Assembly (NCBI GenBank): GCA_015680685.1
Contig: MNCI01000399.1
Coordinates: forward strand, 103,044-167,043
Direction: 5' to 3'
DNA length: 64,000 nt
Source of the DNA: Gnetum montanum
Taxonomy: Eukaryota > Plantae > Gnetophyta
Shown here: in pieces, positions 26,985-39,688 of the stretch
How the letters are laid out: each line of letters opens with the position of its first letter
Position numbering within the stretch: position 1 is the first letter of the stretch
Notes under the pieces: model-generated
The model's input: only the letters and a program-made list of their open reading frames with translations
Database searches by the model: none
What the model was told of the DNA's origin: nothing
Translations under genes and position numbers: made by a program

Positions 26985-27837
26985 AAATGACTTAGATGAG
27001 AGTTGTTTCTGTAATGATTCTGAAACACCCATAATGATTTGGGGCATTTTTGGCAAAGGATTGCCAATAGGGGCTATGGATCCTTGATATGAGGATTGGT
27101 ACCGTCGGCAGAAAGTGAGAGTATCCTTGGGCCCATCAGTAATTGTGAATGCTTTAAAATTGTTGAATTCTTGGATTTTGGTTGATGAACCCTCTCCTTT
27201 TGAATGCATAAATCTTGGATCTGAATCTTGAATTATACTTATTTTTTTTCCTAGACCTTCTCAAGTCTGATTTTAATATCTTTCTATAAGTTGATGGAGT
27301 GGGGGAAAACCTAGGATGTTAATTTATGGTTGTGATTTATCTATTCTCTACTATTGAACATATGAACTTCCTGATTAAATGATTACTAGTAAAATGGTTA
27401 CAAGAGTTAAATTTGGATCTTGTTTTTGTGTGGTTGGAAATTATAAAAATATTATTATGTGATTGAACAAATATGAGATTATTAATTTATCTACTTTTGT
27501 GGTCATTTCTTTGGTTTTAAAATGTGCAAATGATCCTAATTAAATATTTCTTTTAGGTTGAATAATAAAATGTTTGATTTTTTTAATCTGATGAATCTTG
27601 CATATATGTTTTACTATGGCTATTTCTTTATAAAATTATCTCTTGATTCATAATATTGATTGACTTGTTTTAGAGCTAGATCTAGGTGTTGTTGATTTCG
27701 TTTTAATTTTATAGGTTAATGTTAGTTTGATTGTTGTAAAAAGAAAGCCACCTGGGCATTTTCTTCTTTCAACTAGCTTTCTTTCTAGGGGGCTTTGGGT
27801 GCTAGCTCTTGCTCCATATGAATGGGTGTTTCTGAAT

Positions 27838-30800
27838 TGTTACATAAACAACTCTCATCCAAGTCATTTATGTGAGAATGTAGAGGATGGGCGGAGAGAT
27901 AAAAAAAAAGTATCCTTTGATGGGGGGGGGGGGCGCGGTTGTGGGGCCTCTCCTCCCCAGGTCGGGGGCTGAGGCAAGGAGACCCACTCTCACCCCTCCT
28001 CTTCATCATCGCCATGGACTTAATGCAACACTACTGCAGCACATCAGGGGTGGATGGTCTGAACATTGCCGGGGTGGCATGTCGGGCCGAACACTATGCA
28101 GACGATACGATGTTGCTCAGTAGGGCAGTGGTCCCGCAGGCACGTTGCATCAACGTTGCTCTGTCCCACCTGGCTGTCAAGTTGGCGCTGGAAATCAATA
28201 GTACCAAATCTTCAGCCCACTTCATTAATGTGGATGAACAAGTTAAAAATCGGGTAATACAAGTTTTGAATATCCTGCCAGGGACAAACAGTGACACATA
28301 TCTGGGCATCCCCCTCTTCGGGTGGGGATGGACCATGGTGTGAGGCCCGCTGTTAGAAAAAATCGAAAGAAGAATGGGCCACTGGGCGAATAGATTCCTA
28401 AGCCGCAAAGGTTGCTTGCTTGTGGCTACTGGAATCCTCATGGCAATCGCTCGTTTCGTGGCTGCCGTTGCCACCCCCCCAAATGTCATCATCAATGCAG
28501 TTAACACGCTGATTTGTAGCTTCATCTGGGAGGGGGGCAAAGGGGGGAGCAAAATCCATTTGGTCCATTGGGAACGGGTGGTGCGCCCCCGAAACGCGGG
28601 TGTGTTGGGCATCACGTCATTCGAGGATGAGTTGATGCTGGGACAACAACAGTTAGTGCTTCGGTTTTTGCACCTGCATAGAGCACTGATCCTGTGGATT
28701 TGCATCATGAATGCCAAATATCTGCGTTGGGAAACGGGGGCACGGGACTCTAGGCCCTGGCAGGCGCTGTGCCGGCACACACGTGCGATGCAGGCCCTGG
28801 GATGGGGGGGCCTCGAGCCGCGAGCCCTTCTGACTACCAAATATCCTCGAATTGACGGTTGGCAGCGGATCTGGCAAGGGCAGTTGCCTGAAAAAATCAA
28901 AATCTTTTTGTGGCTATTCAAGCGCGATGCGCTGCCCGTACGTGCCTTGCTGTGACGGCGTGGAATACTGCAAAGCGACACGTGTCCTGCATGTGGCGCT
29001 GCTACAGAGACATCACAACATTTCGCGTTTGAATGTGCTTACATGCACGCCACGTGGCGCACGGCGGCGGTGCCCCCTCCGAGGCACCTCATGGGTGACT
29101 CTTGGGCCACACTACTTTTATGGGTAGCGTGGAAAGCACGAAATAACATTGTTTTTCGGTAGAAACAGCGCCCCCCGCAGCGGCTGGTCTCCTAGGCTCT
29201 CAACGCATGGAAGGGAATCGAGGCGACGATGGGAATCACACCCACATTCGAGCCGGACTGCGCTGCGTTCCAGGAGGACGAGGCGCTCTAGCAGATGGTG
29301 ACCCAATGCGGCTAGTCTGACCCTCTGCAACGGCTGGTCAGGGATCCAGATCTGGTAGACGATGCGTTCTTCTCCAACTGGGCCAACGACCGTACCTTTT
29401 TCCGAGGCCGTGAAATCTTGATTACAGAATCTTCAATTGCCAGCTGTCTGGGGGCTCTGATTGATGGAGAGGTCATTCTGCCCTCCACCTGCAGCCTCCA
29501 GGACGCTGAATTGTTCTTTGATGGGCCCGTTCCTCGAACCAGGAGCAGACAGGTACCCAGATCTTCCCTGCCCCGCCTATGGGCCCAGGGCGCAGATATG
29601 GTGAACCAATTTTTTGTCCAGTCTGGCAACGGCTCCAAATTGCAGGGCCTACACTTTGCTTTTCTATGCTGTCTCAAGTTGGGTCGCCAGGTCAACCTCC
29701 CCCACTTCTTTAAGGAGGCCCTTCTGCTCAAGCGCCACGGCCGCCACTCTGGTTTAATTCTAGCGTTGTGGTGGAGGGCAGAGGGGGGGCAGCACCTGTT
29801 GTCCTCTGCCCCCCCATGGGGCTCTCTTCGAAGCACCCCCTCAGCAAGGCCACAGGACCCTACGACGTTGCCCAGACAGGGGGGCAGTTGGCCCCTCTGG
29901 GAATCCACCTTTACGCAGGGCCGGAGGACCCAGCAGGAGCGGCGCCCCCCCGAACGCCCTGACAGACTAGTTTCCTCCCCACCAGAGACCTCTGGCCATG
30001 GGAACTGGAATGAGGAGCTTCGGCAGGCCACACAGAGGGCAGCAGATGAGGCTCGGGAGGCAGAGAGGAAGGAATGGGAGGCCAAATGGAATGAAGCCCT
30101 TGTGCAGGCCTGGGCCGACCTGGAAGCCCAGTTCTCTGAGCACGAGTAGGAGCAGGTGAGGCAGCAGGATCTCATGGCTGAAGCTGCCAGGGCTCGCCTA
30201 ATTGATGAAATCAGGGCCCAAGTGCGAGATGAATTGATCCAAGAGGACGAGGCCTAGAGACGACGTGAGCAGGTGGAGCAGGCAGAGCAGGAGCGGCTTC
30301 AGGAGGAGGAGGACTAGTGATAGCGGCAGCTTGACCGCGCCCACGAGCACAACACCTGATAATGGCTAAGAGGGGGGCGATGCCCATACCTCATTCTTGG
30401 CATCAGCTGTGAGAGCTCTTGGGCTGAGCTTAGACGACATATCTGTCGAACTTCGACGTGCTTCCATCCAGATGCGGGAGCTTCGCAGGCGGACATGAGC
30501 TGACGGGAGTCGGCCATGCAGGGCATCCAGTAGGCGGCTAGTTTCATGGACACGGAGGACCACCGAAACACTTTGGATATCCTCCATGAACTGGAGTGCC
30601 CCGACTGCGCCTGCCGACGACTGTCGACGAACCCATAAGGGGTTGGCCCGAGTGGTGGGGGACGCTTGCCCCCCTCTATCGGGTCAATGCCCCCTGATCT
30701 TCTCCGCTGTTTTGGCTCGTCCACTGGGTGGGGGTGCCCCCCTCTCTGTTTCCTGGGGGGTGCCCCCCCTCCCCCGCTGTTGCCCAGGGTTGGCTCCAGG

Positions 30801-32301
30801 GTCAGTGTTTGTTTATGTTCTGTCGTTGGAGCTGTTTTGATTAATTTGGGGATCCTCCCCTCTCATGGAGGGGCCATTCCTGATGGCCCACCATTTGTAA
30901 TCTCTTGTACCATATTTTGTGTTTCTCAGTTATATAATCCCGACTACTTTCAAAAAAAAAAAAACAATCTAAACTTACAACAATAATCTTGATATTTTCA
31001 TACAAGCATTGTGAAAGTGGTTAGTCAAGCAAGAAGAGAGAAGTTTGAGAAAATCAGCCCTTGCTGGCCATTATCAAACATAACAGAGATGGATCATTTT
31101 ACCTCCTTGCTTAGATATTTTGTTTACTAGGAGGAATTATTAGAATATTGAATTGCTATGCCACACTTGTTTTCTTTCTCCTTGCTATCTCTTGTAGCAG
31201 GGACAGTTTTCTCTCCCTTCCCAGCCACACTCCTTGTTGCTGTATCCCTCTTTTTTTTTTTTGTTTTGCTTAGGTACTTTTGCCTTGTGTGTTTTTTTTT
31301 CCTGTCCTCTTCCTATTTGTAGGTGGAATAGGGGATAATTGATGGTTTCTTGTAACTAACTTCTTTGGAACTGTTTGTATTCTTTTCTTTCCTTTTAAAG
31401 GTTTTTTTGTCTCTCTTTCTTAGCAATGAGTCATGAGTTCAATTCTCTTCATGATCACTATAAATAAAATATGTATATTCACAAGTTGTAGGTTCAATTC
31501 CTAAATCAACAATTTTTGATATTTTAGAATTTAGAGTTTGCTAAATCTCAGGTTCTATTCCTCTTGATAATTACAAAACATTCCAGCATAATATCTATCT
31601 TTTTATCATTTAGAATTGTCATAAGATGCAAGGAAAGATAGATTCATGATAAGGGCAGTTTAAGATACATAATCAAATAAGGCACCTTCTTTTTTAGGTT
31701 ATCAATAATGTGAATTTTCCCATCATCTTATGAGCCTTGAAAGGTCATCACGTGACTTTTCTACTGCCATGCAGAGGGTACTTATACTCTACTATTTTAC
31801 ACTAAAAAGAGCAATGCATCACATTTAGATAAAAGAATAAAATATAAGGTTACAATATTTGCACACAATATCCCTGATTCATGGGTTGATTCATAGGTCA
31901 AAGTTCCTCAGTATGAACATTCTTTTGCATCTCAACATACTTATTTTAGCTCTTGTGGCACACCTTAGAGTATTGCCCTCTATTTTTCTTTTGTTTCTCA
32001 ACATCTCTGTTGAAATAGAACAAAAAATATTTTGTTTTCCCATATATTAATTGTTATTATTATTTTAAAACATTCCCAACATGTATTTTAAATCATATTT
32101 CTTATGCATAAAGTATTTAAACATTTAATCATAATACATATAAAAATTTGGTCAACAAATTTATTACTATTCCAATTAGCCATTTCCACCACAGTCCAAA
32201 CAAAGCACACACACGACTTCTTAACAAAACATGCACACAGACACACAGTAAGACTATTACAATCGTTAACACAAAAGCTCAAGGAGAAGTGGTATGTTAC
32301 A
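27838..32301 (-). repeat. LTR copy B (tandem extra LTR), interrupted by a J-LINE
   Basis: TGTTACATAAACAACTCTCATCC at 27838. LTR sequence resumes after the poly(A) at 30965 and runs to GTGGTATGTTACA at 32301. Confidence 0.85.
27911..30964 (+). mobile_element. 5'-truncated J-LINE copy 2: L1-type RT, zf-RVT, accessory domain, coiled coil and J-domain in one frame
   Basis: RGLRQGDPLSPLLF, HYADD, TYLGIPL, CPACG..ETSQH..FEC and WKARN are followed in the same frame by MGITPTFEP..., CPYLILGIS...FHPDAG (CAT CCA GAT 30465-30473) and TAA at 30636-30638. About 15 point stops, no frameshift. Poly(A) at 30952-30964. Confidence 0.93.
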
Positions 32302-35300
32302 AACTCTCATCCAAGTCATTTAGGTGTGAGAGTGCAGAGGATGGGTGAAGAGATCCAAAAAAAGAAATCAAGGTTTCAACAATCTAAGCTTACAACAACA
32401 ATGTTGATAATTTTATACAAGCATTGTAATGGTGGTTAGGCAAGTAAGAAGAGAGAAGTTTGAGAAAATCAACCCTTGTTGGCCATTATCAAACATAACA
32501 GAGATGGATCTTTTTACCTCCTTGCTTAGATATCTTGCTTATTAGGAGGAATTACCAGAAGATTGGATTACTATGCAAAACTTGTTTTCTTTCTCCTTGC
32601 TATCTCATGTAGCAGCCACAGTCTTTTCTCCCTTCCCAACCACACTTCCTGCTGCTATATCTCTTTTTTTCTATCCTGCTTAATTACTTTTGCCTTGTGT
32701 GTTTTTTTTCCTCTCCTCTTCTCCCTATTTGTAGGTGGAATAAGGGATAATGGATGGTTTCTTGTAACTGACTTCTTGGGAACTGTTTATATTTTTTTCT
32801 TTCTTTTTAAAGTTCTTTCTCTTTTTTTCTTAGCAATGAGTCATGAGTTCAATTCTCTTCATGATCACTATAAAAAAATCAATAAAATACGTATATTCAT
32901 AAGTTGCAGGTTCAATTTCTAAATCAACAATTTTTGATATTTTAAAGTTCAGATTTTTTTAGATCTCAGGTTCAATTCCTCTTGGTAATTACAAAACATT
33001 TTAGCATAATATCTATCTCTTTATCATTTTGAATTGTTATAAGATGCAAGGAAAAAGTTTTCAAAATAGATTCATGATTAGGGAAGTTTAAGATATATAG
33101 TTAGAAAAGGCACCTTCTTTTTCAAGTCATTAGCGATGTGAATTTTCCCATCATCATATGAGCCTTGAAAGGTCATCACGTGACCTTTCTCCATGTAGGC
33201 ATGGAGAGGGTACTTATACTCTACTATTTTAAACTAAAAAGAGCAATGCATCACATTTAGATAAAATAAAATAAAAAAGTAAAATATAAAGCTATAGTAT
33301 TTGCACACAATATCCTTAATTCATGGGTTAGGTTCTTTCAACTTGATTCATAGGTCAAGTTCCTTAGTATGAGCATTCTTTTTTATCTCAACATACCTGT
33401 TTTAGCTCTTGCAGCACACCTCAGAGTATTGTCCTCTATTTTTCTTTTGTTTTTCAACATCTTTGTTGAAATAGAACAAAAAATATTTTGTTTTCCCATA
33501 TATTTATTATTATTTTTATTTTAAAACATTCGTAGCATGTATTTTAAAGAATATTGTTTATGCATCATAATACATATAAAAATCTAGTCAACAAATTTAT
33601 TACTATTCCAATTAGCCATTTCCACCATAGTCCAAACAAAGCACACACACAACTTGTCAACAAAACATGTACACAAACACACAGAAAGACTATTACAATT
33701 GTTAACACAAAAACTTAAGGAGAAGTGGTTCATGACATCCTCCTCCCCTTAAGACATTTCCTCCTGGAAATGTTTAAATAGGTGGGGGTAGCTCTATTTG
33801 ACCACATCCTCCATCTCCCAAGAGGTTTTAGATCAATCCTCATTCCAATCAAGCTAAACTTGGGGCACTGTATGGTGCCTGAGATTGAGCATCCTCTAGT
33901 TTGAAATCCGGATTGGTTGAACTTGGACAGTACAATTTGGGCTGACTTGAAGGTTTTCCCATCACAAACAATGCTTAGAATCATAAACATACCTCCTTAA
34001 CATAGAAACATGAAAAATATTATGTAAAGATGATAAACTAGGAGGTAAAGCTATTCTATAAGCAATAGGACCAATTTTTCTTAGACTTCAAAAGGGCCAA
34101 TAAATCTAGGTTTAAGTTTGTTCCTTTTAACACCTATAATGACATTTTTAAAGGGTTGGACTTTTAGAAATACTTTATCTCCAACAGAAAATTGACTCCT
34201 TCTATTATCTGTGTAACTCTTTTGTCTATCTTGTGCTTGCTTTAGTCTCTCTTTAATTTGATTCACCTTTAGTTGCAAATCCAAACCCAAGAGCTAGGAA
34301 CTCTACACTTTCTACCATACAAAGCTTCATAAGGTGCCATTTCAATGTTGCTTTGGTAGTTGTTATTGTAGACAAATTCTACCAAGGGCAATACCTTATC
34401 CCAAGTTTTGTGATGATCCAATACATTGGTTTTTAAAAGATCTTCTACCAACTAATTTGTTCTTTTAGCTTGACCATTAGTTTGTGGATGATAGGCTATG
34501 CTGAAATTTAGTTTTGTTCCAAGAGCTTGCTAAATAGCTTGCCAAAAATGAGATGTAAACTTTGGATCCCTGTTTGAAATGATTTTCTTAGGTATGCCAT
34601 GCAATCTAACTATTTCTTAAATATAAATTTCTGCAATCTTTCTAGCATTGTAATCTAACTTCACTTTGATGAAGTGTGCTGACTTTGTTAGCCTATCAAT
34701 TACCACCATTATGGAATCATATCCTCAAAGGACTTTAGGTAACCCAACAATAAAATCTATTCCAATCTCATCCCATTTCCATTTTGGAATATTGTGTGGT
34801 TGTAAATGACCTGCTGGTACTTGATGTTTAGCCTTAACTTGTTGACACGTTAAACACCTTGCCACAAACTCAGCAACATCTTTTTTCATTCCAGGCCACC
34901 AAAATTGTTTTTTGATTCCATGTAGTATTTCTGTTGCCCCTAGATGACTTGTATAAACTATTTCATGGTGTTCTTGCATTACCAAATTTCTAAGTTTTGC
35001 ATTGGCTGGAACATATAAATGATCTTAGAAAAGTAGCAAACCATCAGCAGTAATTTTAAATCCATTTTCTAGTTGACCTAGGTTCTTCTTTTCAAATTTC
35101 TCAGCAAAGAACTTATCATTTCCAGTCCCTTTTTAATTAAATCAGCAATTGTACTCTGAGGTAAAAAGGTTCCCTTAACATACCTCCTTCGGCTAAGAGC
35201 ATTTGCCACCTTGTTTCCTCTACCCTCATGATAAAGGAGCTCAAAATCATCATCACACAAGAATTCTAACCAACCTCTTTGCCTCATGTTTAAATTAGGT

Positions 35301-38300
35301 TGCATGAAAATGTATTTCAAATTTTGATGATCTAACCATACTCTAAATTTCTTTCCATACAAATAATGTCTCCATATTTGCAAAGCATGGACCATTGCTG
35401 CAAGTTCCAAATCATGCACAGGGTAATTGTGTTCATGAGGTTTTAATTGTCTTGATCCATAAGCAACTACCTGATTTTGCTACATTAAAACATAGCCTAA
35501 TCCCTCACTGGAGGCATATGTATATACATCAAATTGAACATTTTCTAAAGGCATGATTAATATAGGAGTTGATGCTAACAATTTTTTCAGGTTTTGGAAA
35601 GCCAAAGTACATTTCTTTGACCATTGGAATTGATTGCTCTTCTTTAACAATGATGTCAAAGGGGTTGAAATGTTTGAAAAATCTTTTACAAACCTGCGGT
35701 AGTAGCTTGCTAACCCCAAGAAACTTCTGACCTCTGTAACATCCTCTATAACATTATCAGGTTGAGGCCAACTAATTATTGCATCAATTTTATCTGGATC
35801 AATGACTAACCCTTTGTCTACCAAGACATGACCAAGAAACCTTATTTCAGATTGCCAAAATACACGCTTGCTCTTACTTGCATACAACTTATGTATCCTA
35901 ACGGTCATAATGTCCATACCTTGTTTGAAAGGCTATTTTTGAAATGTCTTCTTCTTTGATTCTTAGTTGGTAATATCCTGACTTTAAACCAATTTTTGAA
36001 GATACCTTTGCTTGTTTGAGCTGATAAAAAAGCTCATCAATCCTTGGAAGAGGATATTTATTCTTAATAGTTACCTTGTTTAGCTGTCGATAATTAATGC
36101 ATAGGCGTAAAGTTCCATCTTTTTCCTTGATGAATAGAATTGGTGCTCCTCATGGTGACACACTAGGCCTAATGAATCCCTTCTTTAATAGTTCTTCAAG
36201 TTGGGTTTTTAACTCATGCATCTTAGCTGGTGACATTCTATATGGTGCCCGTGAGGTTGGAGCACTCCCTGGAAGAATTTCAATCCCAAACTCTACCTTC
36301 CTTTTTGGTGGCATTTTCGGTCACTCATTAGTAAACACATCTTTGAATTCATCTACAACTAGACATGCCAATGGTGTCTTCTCTTGTTGGCAATCATTAT
36401 CACTGTTAGTTGCATACAGTTTGACCAAAATTGTTGCTTTTGATGTTTGCATCTTTTGCACCATTTGTTTTGTAGAAATAATGTTTCTTGAGAAATCCCA
36501 AGGTTGACAGAAAATTTTCTGGTTTATTTCTCCATTGTTAATTTCTATGCAGTTCTATCCACAATTAATTTTTGCCTTATTTTCACCAACCAGTCCATAC
36601 CCAACACCACATCGTATTATCCCAAATTCATAACAAGGAAGTCCATAACAGAAGGTTGATTCATGATTTTTATCTCACAACTAGGCACAAAACATTCTAA
36701 GGCTTTATGGTCACCTCAAGCTAATTCCACCTTTCCCATACATGGTAAGAGATGAATTTTACTCCCTAATCTTTTAACCAAAGAATCTGATATAAATGAA
36801 TTTGTTGATCCATTTTTAAAAAGAATGGTAACAGATTGAAAATGAATGATACCTATTGTTTCTTGGACTGATGCTTGATATTGCACACTTGTTGGAACAT
36901 TTGTTGCAGCATATAATTGGTGAAAGCTTGTTGGCTGGAGATGTTTGTTTATTTCCTTCAAGAGCCTTTGTTTGTGGGCATTGAGCTTGAAAATGGGCCC
37001 CTCCACATGTCCAACAACCCTTCCTTGGCTCTCTAAGGGTTGATCCTTCACCTTGTATCATTCCTATTTGATTTTTTTCATCAAATCATTTTCCATTTGA
37101 TCCTTGACTTCTTGGTACTTTAAATTGCTACTTGGATTTTTAGATACTGTGGTGGATTTATCAAAATTTTTGCTATTAAATTTGTCCTTTGTGATTTTCC
37201 CGTGGCATTAGTTCCTTTATGGTTTGTTGATAGCAATTCCTTCTTCCTAATGAATTCAACTTCCACAAGTTTAGCTTTATCAATAACTGCAAATAAGTTA
37301 TCCAACTCAAACAAATGAACTTTTTCTTGGGCTGAAGGATGCAAGCTATTGATAAAGTTTCTGATTCTCATGTATTCTGGAATTTCTGGTGTATACATCA
37401 TTAAATTAACAAACTCACGTTCATATTCAGCCACATTCTTGGACCCTTTGCTGTAGGTGCAAGTATTCCTATCTTTTTTGTTCCACATGTGCTTTTGAAA
37501 TATATCTTGTTCTGAACAATTGTACAAATTCATTTCATTCAACACCTTCGTTATGAATTTTTACTTTTTCAGTTCTTCACCAATTGGCAGCATCACCTGC
37601 CAAAACATGAGTTGCAAGAAGAACTCTTTCTCTAGCATTTGTATGTAACAGTTCAAACAAATCATTCATCATGAACAGCCAAGATTCAGCTTGCTCTCCA
37701 CTTGAAACTCCATCAAATGATGGTGGCTTGCACTTCAGAAATTCTTGCAACTTGATAGCTCCATTATTTCCTTTATTTTGATATTGTCTTGCCTCATTTT
37801 CCTCATGATTATGTACTATTTGCTGTATATATTGTTGTATAGCTATAGTAAGCAAAGTGATAGAATGGGCAAGTGCTGCAAAGGCCTCTTGCCAATGTTG
37901 AGGAGGCTCATTCTCTTGGTTGCTAGAACTGGCACCATGTTTTTTCTCTTGTAAGTCTTCATTGTACTTATTGTTCAAAGGCCTGTACACACTTTGAATG
38001 CTATGCTTTAGTTGCCATGATAATTTATTCCAAATCAACACTGAAGCCATTTCTTCTCAATTTAGGCATATGAAAGACAAACTAACACCACATCAAACAA
38101 TGCACAAATTCAGACTTTATAAGAGGTTTGAAGGAAAGTAAAAGAAAGCCAAACCTAGCTCTTTGATAACAAAATGTTATTCCCCTCTCCTCCTCTTCTT
38201 GTTATTGACTTCTTGAGAACTGTTTATATTCTTTTCTTTCTTTTTAATGTTTTCTCTCTTTTTTTTTCTCAACAATGAGTCATGAGTTCAATTCTCTTGA

Positions 38301-39169
38301 TGATCACTATAAGAAAAATCAATAAAATATGTATATTCATAGGTTGTAGGTTCAATTCCTAATCAACAATTTTTGATATTTACAATTCAGATTTTGCTAG
38401 ATCTTAGGTTCAATTCCTCTTGGCAATTACAAAACATTTCAGCATAATATTTATCTCTTTATCATTTAGAATTGTCATAAGATGCAAGGAAAAAGTTTTC
38501 AAAATAGATTCATGATTAGGGAAGTTTAGGATATATAATCAAAGAAGGCACCTTCTTTTCTAGGTCATTAGTGATGTGAATTTTTCCATTGTCTTACGAG
38601 CCTTGAAAGGTCATCACGTGACCTTTCTATAGGCCATGGAGAGGATACTTATACTTTACTATTTTAAACTAAAAGGAGCAATGCATCACATTTAGATAAA
38701 ATAAAATAAAAAAATAAAATATAAAGCTATAATATTTGCACACAATATCCTTAATTCATGGGTCAGGTTCTTTCAACTTGATTCATAGGTGAAGTTCCTT
38801 AGTATGAGCATTCTTTTGCATCTCAACATACCTGTTTTAGCTCTTGTAGCACACCTTAGAGTATTGTCCTCTGCTTTTCTTTTGTTTTTCAACATCTCTG
38901 TTGAAATAGAACAAAAAATATTTTGTTTTCCCATATATTTATTATTATTTTTATTTTAAAACATTTGCAGCATGTATTTTAAAGAATATTTTTTATGCAT
39001 CATAATACATATAAAAATCTAGTCAACAAATTTATTACTATTCCAATTAGCCATTTCCACCACAGTCCAAACAAAGCACACACACAACTTGTCAACAAAA
39101 CATGTACACAAACACACAGAAAGACTATTACAATCGTTAACGCAAAAACTTAAGAAGTGGTTCATTACA
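32295..39169 (-). mobile_element. Decayed Ty3/gypsy chromovirus (Tekay/Del-like) LTR retrotransposon
   Basis: 5' LTR 39169-38175 (internally deleted) and a degenerate tRNA-Met PBS at about 38159-38171. Gag 38050-37120, zinc knuckle CWTCGGAHFQAQC, protease, [26 protein letters not shown] (YxDD region deleted near 35910), RNase H HDLELAAMVHAL, integrase with GPF and a chromodomain-like tail. PPT AAGGGGAGGAGGA at 33738-33750 and 3' LTR 33737-32295. Confidence 0.92.
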
Positions 39170-39688
39170 AGAGCCCCAAACTTCCACATCGTTGTGTAAT
39201 TTAGAGCTGCCCACTCTATCTTCTAAAGTGACTTAACTCTAATGAAATGAAATCTTCTTTTTGTTATTCCTTGGTCATTTGTGATGGGATATAAGTAATG
39301 TTCCTACAACTGCCGTTGGTAATTTTACTGTTTTTGAAGAATAGAAAAATTGTCCAAAAATTATTAAAGGCTCATATTTTTGCAATTTTTCGTGCCATTT
39401 CCATTAGTGGTTGTAAAATTGTAACTTAATTTGTTGGAAATTTGGTGGCAAGAATTCTAGCAAAAGTTATATACCTAAATTGAATTGCTCATGATCCAAA
39501 GACATTACATGGCATAAATCAAGGTCCATAGTCTTGGATTTCTCATCATGATTTGCTTATTGATTCAATTTACTAAAGATACATGTTGGTGTTTCCTGCT
39601 GTTTTATCCTTCATTTTGCGTGCTTATTCCTTGTATGAGAATGATTTGATGTTTACTTTTTATGAACGTATATTGTATTGCATTGAAG

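Larger units (their letters stand above)
23967..27016 (+). repeat. LTR copy A of the chromovirus family (no internal region), interrupted by a J-LINE
   Basis: Starts TGTAACGAACCACTTCTCC and is the reverse complement of the LTRs at 27838-33737 and 38175-39169. It resumes after the LINE at 26985 with AAATGACTTAGATGAGAGTTGTTTCTGTAATG. Confidence 0.85.

Noticed and set aside
26985-27067. N-terminus MAILCQKCPK... of ORF 26252-27067 as a real start of the cargo protein
   Set aside because: It lies outside the LINE TSD, in LTR and flanking sequence. The LINE is 5'-truncated at 26984.
28094-30175. Long antisense ORFs (295 aa and 287 aa)
   Set aside because: They are shadows of the GC-rich sense LINE frame and carry no motifs.
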